Source: an uncultured Tissierella sp. (GTDB taxonomy: Bacteria; Bacillota; Clostridia; Tissierellales; Tissierellaceae). From it: a stretch of DNA of 36,397 nt. The stretch is taken from assembly GCA_964482775.1 (NCBI GenBank), contig CAYZZR010000001.1, positions 1-36,397 of the forward strand, in the 5' to 3' direction. Below are positions 8,456 to 16,161 of the stretch, one piece after another (the stretch's first letter is position 1; every line of letters starts with the position of its first letter). Made by a program: the position numbers and the translations under genes. A model generated the notes under the pieces. It was given only the letters and a program-made list of their open reading frames with translations. It was not told where the DNA came from and searched no databases.

Positions 8456-9109
8456 TTAGCTTTCTATAGGGATACAATTACTACATGATCCATTTATTTC
8501 TACCCTATATGCTTTATCACTTATAGCAGCTAAATGTTGATTATGGGTTACCATTATAATTTGTCTATTGAACATTATAGAAGTGTGCTTTAAAAAATCG
8601 CCAACATTATAAATATAATCTTCACTAACATGTTTTGCTGGCTCATCCAATATTAGTGGTCCCTCAATTTCTGGTTTATGAATTTGCATAAATGCTATTC
8701 TTAGAGCAAGTGAAACTATATCAACGACACCGCCACCACGAGATAATTCAGGTTTAGTTTTAATTGTTAGTCCATCTATTTCATTAACCACATAAAATTC
8801 TGCATTTGCTTTGCCTCTTAATTCTTCTAAATCAATAATAAAACTAATGTTAGATTCAAAAATATACTGAAGACACTTAGTAACCAAAGTTTCGATTTGT
8901 CTTTTTGCCTGATTTCGCGCAAATTCGGATGTTTTTTGAAATATTATAGATACTTTTTCTAACAACTCAATTTCAATTGTTGCTTTTTCAAAATTCGCTA
9001 CATGAACTTCCAATTGTTCAACAAGCTTATCTCTTTTACCCTCTTCGCGAGCAATATATTCTTGTAATTTACTAATTTCTGCTTCTAAATGATCAATATC
9101 AAGATTCAT
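8456..9109 (-). CDS. C-terminal half of a split SbcC/Rad50-like ABC ATPase
   Basis: About 80 aa of coiled coil, then signature-like LSRGGG, Walker B LILDEP and H-loop MVTH; no Walker A. Confidence 0.85.
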   Translation of the reverse strand: MNLDIDHLEAEISKLQEYIAREEGKRDKLVEQLEVHVANFEKATIEIELLEKVSIIFQKTSEFARNQAKRQIETLVTKCLQYIFESNISFIIDLEELRGKANAEFYVVNEIDGLTIKTKPELSRGGGVVDIVSLALRIAFMQIHKPEIEGPLILDEPAKHVSEDYIYNVGDFLKHTSIMFNRQIIMVTHNQHLAAISDKAYRVEINGSCSNCIPIES

Positions 9110-9113
9110 ACTA

Positions 9114-9362
9114 TCACTTCTTTTCTAATAAATCTTTTGGTAATAGTTCATTAGCTTCTATGAATAATCTATTTATTTCAGATGATAATTTGTTAATTTC
9201 AGACTCTAGATCCTGTGGATTAACGTTTAAATCATTTAATTCTTTAATAATTTCATCTTCCTGTCTTTTCAATTGCTCAAGTCTAGCTTCAGCTCTATAT
9301 TTAATAGACTTAGCTTTTTCAAGATTTTCTTTTAATTGACTTAATTCTTTTTCGTAATCCAT
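9114..9362 (-). CDS. Small acidic coiled-coil protein within the split SbcCD-like operon
   Basis: 82 aa with heptad Leu pattern and two helices broken at NVNP; ATG 1 nt after the upstream stop, with a GGGGG SD. Confidence 0.8.
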   Translation of the reverse strand: MDYEKELSQLKENLEKAKSIKYRAEARLEQLKRQEDEIIKELNDLNVNPQDLESEINKLSSEINRLFIEANELLPKDLLEKK

Positions 9363-9363
9363 T

Positions 9364-10812
9364 TTAACCCCCTATATAATGTGTTATTATGTGATTTAAC
9401 TTATCTTCATCTATATCACTTAAGCAAAAAGGACAAACTTCTATCTCTTTTAACAAATTTTGATAATCTTTTAATTGCTTATTTATTGATAAATTTGTCA
9501 TAGATAAAATTCTGCTTTCCTTATCATAAATCTCTTTAATTGTTAACAGATTTTTATAAAGATTACACAGTTTTGTTAACTTGTTAATAAGCTCTTCTAT
9601 TCTCTTACTCTCAATATTAATCTTATCTAGCTCATCGAACTTTCTTATATACTGTTCGCCAATAGTAACACTTTTAATAATTGAATTGTATCTAGATTTT
9701 AAATTATTAAAGCTATTGTAATTGTTAATATTTTTTGCTATATCTTCGCTAATAACAATAGCATCTTTTAATTTTGATAACTTTTCCAGTTTATAATTGA
9801 TTTGAATTTGTTCCGTTTTCCTTGATCTATCTTTAGTATGTAAAATATGAAATCTATTAAACTTTATGTTCATTCTTTCAATCGTAAGTGATAAATCACT
9901 TACTTTATCTAGGTTATTCATCTTAGACTTTATATCCATGTTCCTATTTATGTCCAATCTTACTCTATTAAGATTCATATATGCATTGTATAATATCTTG
10001 TATCTATTATAATTCTTACTTATAGAATTTATTGATTCTTGAAGACTATCAATCATGTCAAATTTCTCTAATATAAGACTTGACCTATGGATTTCTAGTC
10101 TTAAGGCAGATAATTTTAGGGAATTACTTTTTAGAATTTCTAACATTTTTGAATAATCGTTTATTTTGTTTTTTATTGAAGTTAAGCTTAATTGGCGATC
10201 TTTCAATTCATCTAAGTACTCATAATTAACAAGTTCTTCTTTTATATTTGAAATCAATTCTTCCAAACTTTTTCTTGATGAATTTAAGGCTCTGTTGTCC
10301 TTAAGGGCTTCTCTTAATGCATCATCTATTACATTAACTCCTACTAATCTTCCTATAGCACTAGCTCTTGTGCTTGTCTTTTCTGATAACAGAAATGCTC
10401 CTTCAAGCTGTTCACCCAAGTTAATAGCTGCATTTTCATTTGTATCTAAATGAATTTTCCTTATACCTAAAGTTTCAGTTATCTCTTCTGGAATAGTTGA
10501 GCCAAATCCCTCAAAAATCTTTTCTTCTCCCTTATTATTTATGAATATATACGAGTTTTTGGATTTACTTCTATATCTCTTAAGTATAGAAGAATCATTA
10601 AATTCAAGTGTAACACTACACTCCTTTTCCCCTTCACGGATAAAATAATCACCAGAGGGTTCATTATATAAGGCCCATTTAATAGCTCTAATAATAGCAG
10701 ATTTTCCAGAATCAGATGGTCCAACAATTACATTTAGCCTTTCATCTAGATCTATTATGGAATGTTCATGTGATTGAAAGTTTCCTAATATAATTCGCTT
10801 TATATATTTCAT
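9364..10812 (-). CDS. N-terminal half of a split SbcC/Rad50-like ABC ATPase ending in a zinc hook
   Basis: NFQSH, Walker A GPSDSGKS, Q-loop LGEQ, long coiled coil, CPFC 19 aa from the C-terminus; no signature or Walker B; start ATG 10812 behind SD AGGTGA. Confidence 0.88.
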   Translation of the reverse strand: MKYIKRIILGNFQSHEHSIIDLDERLNVIVGPSDSGKSAIIRAIKWALYNEPSGDYFIREGEKECSVTLEFNDSSILKRYRSKSKNSYIFINNKGEEKIFEGFGSTIPEEITETLGIRKIHLDTNENAAINLGEQLEGAFLLSEKTSTRASAIGRLVGVNVIDDALREALKDNRALNSSRKSLEELISNIKEELVNYEYLDELKDRQLSLTSIKNKINDYSKMLEILKSNSLKLSALRLEIHRSSLILEKFDMIDSLQESINSISKNYNRYKILYNAYMNLNRVRLDINRNMDIKSKMNNLDKVSDLSLTIERMNIKFNRFHILHTKDRSRKTEQIQINYKLEKLSKLKDAIVISEDIAKNINNYNSFNNLKSRYNSIIKSVTIGEQYIRKFDELDKINIESKRIEELINKLTKLCNLYKNLLTIKEIYDKESRILSMTNLSINKQLKDYQNLLKEIEVCPFCLSDIDEDKLNHIITHYIGG

Positions 10813-10813
10813 A

Positions 10814-11797
10814 TTAATCACCTGATGAACCTCTCATTTGTATTTCAGCAATTCTTCTCAAAGCCTCTATCTTAACTTCATCTGATACACCTTCTGATAT
10901 AGATACCTCGATTAAAATATCATTTATATCCATTTTATCATAATCTAGTGAAGAGTCTATTGTTTGCTTAAATTCATATAATCTTTCGCTCTTAAATACA
11001 AATTTTTCAACTTCACTTCGATCCAGTATTAATTCACCTTTTAAAGCAGATTTTAGTTGAACATATTCGATATTTATCTCTTTATTTAAATCTATAATCA
11101 CTACCTGAGGCATTCTATCAATCTCTCTTAAACTATTTGTAATTCTTACTATACTTCCAGGATTAATGAAATATTTGTTGTCAATTTTGATTGTTTTAAA
11201 TCCTGAGTGATAATGCCCTGATAAAGTAATATCAGCTAAAGTATCTTTAATATCTTCAACTAAAGTATAAGGAATCCCTTTTACAAAAGGCTTATCTAAA
11301 AGCATACCATGTACCACATGTATTGAATAATCTATGTCATCTGCTACATTATCTAATATATAATTACTCCTATTTAGGGAAGTATCTATGTCATATATAT
11401 AGGGTTGTCCTGTAAGTTGTATCTTTATTCCATCCTTCTCTAATAATATTTTTGTATCCTTATTAATAACACTAATAAAATCTAAATCATCCAATAATCC
11501 TAATATTGTTCTATTAAGTGTATCTGGATTATGACCAAAAATATCGTGATTTCCACTAACGATATAGAAGGGGATTTTAATATTTTTTAGAAGTTTTGCA
11601 AATTTACTTACAGTAGATATAGATATGTCAGGTCTGTCAAAAAGATCTCCGCCATGAATAAGAAAATCCACATTTTGTTCTTCAATTATTTTTATAATTT
11701 CAGTTATTTTATTTTCTAAAGTCTGAACAAAATCATCTTTTCGATTTTTGGGAGAAGTTCCTCTTATATGTGTATCTGTTAAGTATAGTATTTTCAA
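10814..11797 (-). CDS. Mre11/SbcD-like metallophosphoesterase nuclease
   Basis: Motifs TDTH, GGDLFD, GNHD, VHG, GHYH, NPGS; TTG start 7 nt after SD AGGAGTG. Confidence 0.9.
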   Translation of the reverse strand: MKILYLTDTHIRGTSPKNRKDDFVQTLENKITEIIKIIEEQNVDFLIHGGDLFDRPDISISTVSKFAKLLKNIKIPFYIVSGNHDIFGHNPDTLNRTILGLLDDLDFISVINKDTKILLEKDGIKIQLTGQPYIYDIDTSLNRSNYILDNVADDIDYSIHVVHGMLLDKPFVKGIPYTLVEDIKDTLADITLSGHYHSGFKTIKIDNKYFINPGSIVRITNSLREIDRMPQVVIIDLNKEINIEYVQLKSALKGELILDRSEVEKFVFKSERLYEFKQTIDSSLDYDKMDINDILIEVSISEGVSDEVKIEALRRIAEIQMRGSSGD

Positions 11798-11811
11798 TCC
11801 TAAACACTCCT

Positions 11812-11840
11812 AAATTAAAACCTCCTATAAAGGAGGTTTT
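11812..11840 (-). terminator. Terminator-like hairpin between recA and the nuclease gene
   Basis: AAAACCTCCT-ttat-AGGAGGTTTT-AATTT; short, interrupted U tract. Confidence 0.55.
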
Positions 11841-11852
11841 GTATAGTAAATA

Positions 11853-12887
11853 TTACTCCTTGGAATTTATCTTTTCAAGGGAGTCAGAATCTTTTAATAA
11901 TCCATATTTATTTCTTATTTTTAGTTCTATTTCTTCTGCTATTTCAGGATTAGCACTTAAAAACTCCTTAGAATTTTCTCTACCTTGTCCAAGTTTTTGA
12001 TCATTGTAACTGAACCAAGCACCAGCTTTATTTACTATTTCAGCAGTTACTCCCGCGTCTAAAATACTACCTATTTTAGAAATACCCTCACCATACATTA
12101 TGTCAAACTCTGCTTGCTTGAAGGGTGGAGCTACCTTATTTTTGACAACTTTCACTCTTGTTCTATTTCCTATTATTTGATCACCTTGTTTTATAGAATC
12201 AACCCTACGTATATCTAATCTAACACTTGCATAGAATTTTAATGCTCTCCCGCCTGTAGTTGTTTCTGGATTACCAAACATAACCCCTATTTTTTCTCTT
12301 AATTGGTTTATAAATACAATGGTTGTATTAGATTTATTCACTGCACCAGTTAGTTTTCTTAGTGCTTGGGACATAAGTCTTGCTTGTAAACCCATATGAC
12401 TATCTCCCATTTCTCCTTCAATTTCAGCTTTTGGAACTAATGCTGCTACTGAGTCAACTATAATTACATCAACAGCACCACTTCGAACTAAAGCTTCAGT
12501 TATTTCTAGCGCTTGTTCTCCAGTGTCAGGTTGCGATATTACTAATTCCTCAATTTTTACCCCTAACTTTTCTGCATATCCAGGATCTAGAGCATGTTCA
12601 GCATCAACAAATGCTGCATTTCCACCAAGCTTTTGCGCTTCTGCGATAATATGAAGGGCAATTGTTGTTTTACCGGAAGATTCTGGTCCATAAATCTCTA
12701 TTATTCTGCCTCTTGGTACTCCACCAATTCCTAAAGCAAGATCTAAATCTAAAGATCCAGTTGGAATATAGTCTAAATCAAGTTTAGCACCCTCGCCTAG
12801 ACGCATAATAGATCCCTTACCAAATTGTTTTTCTATCTGACTTAATGCTAAGTCCAATGCTTTTTTCTTTTCGCTCATATCTGCCAT
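11853..12887 (-). CDS. recA: Recombinase RecA
   Basis: [59 protein letters not shown]. Confidence 0.99.
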   Translation of the reverse strand: MADMSEKKKALDLALSQIEKQFGKGSIMRLGEGAKLDLDYIPTGSLDLDLALGIGGVPRGRIIEIYGPESSGKTTIALHIIAEAQKLGGNAAFVDAEHALDPGYAEKLGVKIEELVISQPDTGEQALEITEALVRSGAVDVIIVDSVAALVPKAEIEGEMGDSHMGLQARLMSQALRKLTGAVNKSNTTIVFINQLREKIGVMFGNPETTTGGRALKFYASVRLDIRRVDSIKQGDQIIGNRTRVKVVKNKVAPPFKQAEFDIMYGEGISKIGSILDAGVTAEIVNKAGAWFSYNDQKLGQGRENSKEFLSANPEIAEEIELKIRNKYGLLKDSDSLEKINSKE

Positions 12888-12926
12888 AGTATTCCAGTTA
12901 AACTGGACTCACCCCTTTCATATTTC

Positions 12927-12976
12927 GAACGCTAGTTCCATAAGTATATATTACCTTAGTCAAATAAATAAGTCAA
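12927..12976 (-). promoter_or_regulatory. recA promoter with LexA box
   Basis: Perfect GAACGCTAGTTC at 12927-12938; TTGACT-17 nt-TAATAT at 12976-12948 on the minus strand. Confidence 0.8.
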
Positions 12977-13035
12977 TTAATATTTTTGCTTTTATGACAA
13001 CTCTTTATAGATTATTAAAGAGAACTATAAATAAT

Positions 13036-14262
13036 TTATTTTTTTAGAAATTTATTTATTTCTGCTAAGGCACTAAGAGATGCTTTTTCTTGGATTGATA
13101 CTCTATTTCCAAAGAATATATTTTTGATTATCTCATATTTATTTTTAGTCATTATGCACATATAGACTAAACCTACGGGTTTTTCTTCAGAACCGCCATC
13201 TGGTCCCGCAATTCCTGTAGTTGAAATAGCTATATCAGAATTGGTTTTTTCTAATAGACCCTTAGCCATCTCAAAAGCAGTTTCTTTACTTACTGCTCCA
13301 AAGTTTTTTATGGTTTCTGGATTAACTCTTAATTCATCAATTTTAGATTGATTACTATATGTTACTATCCCTCGATCAAATACTTTAGATGCACCTGCAA
13401 CTGAAGTTATTTTACTTGTTATTAAACCGCCAGTACAGGATTCACACACAGATAAAGTTAAATTTTGTCTATTTAAATTATTTATTAAAGATTCTGGGAC
13501 GGAAATATTATCAAAACTAAATATATAATCTCCTAATTTATCACTAATTCTCGTGACTATATTATGCATCTCTATCTCTAAATCTTCAGAACTCTTCCCT
13601 TTACCAATAATTTTTATTTCTACAAAACCATCCTTAGCAAATGTAGCTATATCAAAATTTTCTACATAAATGTCTAAACTTTTAAGTTCAACTTCCAGAG
13701 CTGATTCTCCTAGGCCAATAGTATTAATGGATTTGATTAATATGTTAGTGTCCCCTTTTAGTAAATTAGATACATATTTTTCAAACATAGGTATCAATTC
13801 TTTTGGTGGGCCAGGAAGCATAATAACTATCTTCTTGTCAGCTTTTAGATATATTCCTGGAGCTGTTCCATTGTCATTGATAATAAACTCTGAACCAAGT
13901 GGTTTGTATGCTTGTTTTCGATTATTATCTGTCATAAGACGGTTGCTTCTTTGAAATCTTTTTTCTAACTCAGATTCGACATTTAAATCCTTAATTAAAT
14001 CTAATCCAAGGGCTTTAGCAACCATCTCCTTGGTAATATCATCATCTGTAGGTCCTAAACCACCTGTTGTTATAATGATATCTGCTCTATTTAAGGCTAT
14101 ATTTATAATATTTATAAGCCTCACTTCATTATCATCTACAGAGGTGTGATAATGTGGTTCAATTCCTAACTCAATCAACCTAGATGATAAATATTTTACA
14201 TTTGTATTCAAAATACTACCTATCGTTATTTCTGTTCCAACGGTAATTATTTCTGCTATCAT
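13036..14262 (-). CDS. cinA: Competence/damage-inducible protein CinA (MocF-like domain + NMN deamidase domain)
   Basis: VGTE, TGGLGPTDDDIT, GTAPG, LPGPPKEL, ESCTGG, GIAGPDGG; directly upstream of recA. Confidence 0.95.
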   Translation of the reverse strand: MIAEIITVGTEITIGSILNTNVKYLSSRLIELGIEPHYHTSVDDNEVRLINIINIALNRADIIITTGGLGPTDDDITKEMVAKALGLDLIKDLNVESELEKRFQRSNRLMTDNNRKQAYKPLGSEFIINDNGTAPGIYLKADKKIVIMLPGPPKELIPMFEKYVSNLLKGDTNILIKSINTIGLGESALEVELKSLDIYVENFDIATFAKDGFVEIKIIGKGKSSEDLEIEMHNIVTRISDKLGDYIFSFDNISVPESLINNLNRQNLTLSVCESCTGGLITSKITSVAGASKVFDRGIVTYSNQSKIDELRVNPETIKNFGAVSKETAFEMAKGLLEKTNSDIAISTTGIAGPDGGSEEKPVGLVYMCIMTKNKYEIIKNIFFGNRVSIQEKASLSALAEINKFLKK

Positions 14263-14276
14263 AAAGTCATCTCCTA

Positions 14277-14822
14277 TTAAATATCATCTAATTTTAATGT
14301 GTTTTTATTTCGCAGTAGATAATCAATACCGGATAAAACAGTAAAGAATAATGATATATATAGCATAATCATATCCATAGGAATATTTAGAGCATTAAAA
14401 GGAAAATTATTTAATAAAAGTAATGTTATAGATACTAACTGGGTTATTGTTTTTATTTTTCCAAGAGGACTAGCTGCTATTGTAACTCCTTCTGATGCTG
14501 CAAGCACTCTAAAACCTGTTATAGTAAATTCTCTTGCGATGATGACTACTACCACCCATGCAGGTACTTTGTTTAGACCTACTAGTGAAATAAGTGCAGC
14601 TGATACTAAAATTTTATCCGCTAAAGGGTCTACAAATTTTCCAAAGTTAGTAACTAAATTTCTACTTCTAGCTATATAACCATCTAGGGCATCTGTAAGT
14701 GACGCAAGTATAAAGATAAAGGCAGCAATATAAGTGCTATTACTTAAATCAGAGTAAAGAACAAACATAAATAATGGTACTAGTAAAACTCTAAACACAG
14801 TAATCTTATTTGCTAGGTTCAT
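14277..14822 (-). CDS. pgsA: CDP-diacylglycerol--glycerol-3-phosphate 3-phosphatidyltransferase
   Basis: CDP-alcohol motif DALDGYIAR..GKFVDPLADK. Confidence 0.96.
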   Translation of the reverse strand: MNLANKITVFRVLLVPLFMFVLYSDLSNSTYIAAFIFILASLTDALDGYIARSRNLVTNFGKFVDPLADKILVSAALISLVGLNKVPAWVVVVIIAREFTITGFRVLAASEGVTIAASPLGKIKTITQLVSITLLLLNNFPFNALNIPMDMIMLYISLFFTVLSGIDYLLRNKNTLKLDDI

Positions 14823-16161
14823 AATACAACTCTCCTAATAAATCATATTCTAGATACTCATTAATTTTCACTTTTACAAAATTATTTAAATCAAGCTCTT
14901 CTGTAGAATTTATATAGACTACACCATCTATTTCAGGACTATCCATATAGGTTCTACCAACATAGGTGTCTTCACCTGCATATTCTTCAATTAATACTTC
15001 ATAAATATTTCCTACTTTACTCATCATTATACTTTCAGAAATATTTCTTTGTAATTCCATCAATTTATCATTTCTATTTTGCTTAACACTTTCATCAATG
15101 TGATTTCGTAATGAATATGCTGGAGTATCTTCTTCCATTGAGTATGAAAACACGCCCAATCTATCAAATTTGGTATCTTCAACAAATGAGTAAAGCTCGT
15201 TAAATTCTTCATCTGTTTCTCCGGGGAATCCAACTATAAATGTAGTTCTAATTACTATTTCTGGAATTTCATTTCTTAATTTAATGATCAGATTTTCCAC
15301 ATCAGATTTTGAAGTTCTACGATTCATTCTTTTAAGTACTGAATCGTTTATGTGCTGTAATGGAATATCAACATATTTTACTACTTTATTATTTTCTTTA
15401 ATAGATTTGATTAACTTATCATTGAAATTATCTGGATATAGATATAAAACTCTAATCCATGTAATATCTTTTATTTTATTCAACTCATTTAATACCTTAT
15501 ATAGTGAATATTCTCCATATAAATCAATTCCATAATCTGAAGTATTTTGCGCAATTAATATTATCTCTTTTACTCCATTATTAGCTAAATAGTTGACCTC
15601 TGTTATTATATCTTCTAACTTTCTACTTCTATGTTTCCCTCTAAGTTTCGGAATAATACAATAAGTACAATGATTATCACAACCTTCTGATATTCTAACA
15701 TAAGCTGTTTGAGAGAAGTTTATTCTATCTACATTTTCTAAATATGAATCATCGATGTTATCAACTTTTACTATTTTATTATCTGAATCATTATTACCTT
15801 CAATTTTCTCAAGGATATTATTTAGATCCTTTATATTACCAGTACCAATTATGCCATCAATATCTTCTATTTCTTCTATCAACTCTTTGGAATACCTCTG
15901 AGCTAAGCATCCAGCTAGTAAAAGAAGTTCACAGTTGCCTTCTTCTTTATCTTTATATTTAGTCATTTCCCATATTGTTTCTATAGACTCTTCTTTAGCA
16001 GACTCAATAAAACCACAAGTATTAACTATTATTATATTTGCATTCTCAATTTCGTCTGCAATCTCATATTTTCCTTTATTAAGTATACTCAACATCAATT
16101 CAGAGTCTACTTCATTTTTTGAACAACCAAGTGTTACTACATATACAGCTTTTTTAGTCAT
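14806..16161 (-). CDS. rimO: Ribosomal protein S12 methylthiotransferase
   Basis: LGCSKN, NTCGFI, GCL, radical SAM CDNHCTYC, C-terminal TRAM with PEIDG. Confidence 0.95.
   Translation of the reverse strand: MTKKAVYVVTLGCSKNEVDSELMLSILNKGKYEIADEIENANIIIVNTCGFIESAKEESIETIWEMTKYKDKEEGNCELLLLAGCLAQRYSKELIEEIEDIDGIIGTGNIKDLNNILEKIEGNNDSDNKIVKVDNIDDSYLENVDRINFSQTAYVRISEGCDNHCTYCIIPKLRGKHRSRKLEDIITEVNYLANNGVKEIILIAQNTSDYGIDLYGEYSLYKVLNELNKIKDITWIRVLYLYPDNFNDKLIKSIKENNKVVKYVDIPLQHINDSVLKRMNRRTSKSDVENLIIKLRNEIPEIVIRTTFIVGFPGETDEEFNELYSFVEDTKFDRLGVFSYSMEEDTPAYSLRNHIDESVKQNRNDKLMELQRNISESIMMSKVGNIYEVLIEEYAGEDTYVGRTYMDSPEIDGVVYINSTEELDLNNFVKVKINEYLEYDLLGELYYEPSK

Noticed and set aside
8456-10812. Three ORFs as one frameshifted sbcC pseudogene
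   Set aside because: Each begins with an ATG just after the previous stop, the break falls at a domain boundary, and motifs are intact; read-level confirmation is still desirable
8456-11797. Wadjet or Lamassu defence system
   Set aside because: No kleisin, KITE or Toprim-like subunit recognised, the ATPase is split, and the context is recA rather than a defence island; a defence role cannot be excluded
12898-12921. Upstream micro-ORF MKGVSPV before recA
   Set aside because: No SD of its own; it simply spans the recA SD and hairpin
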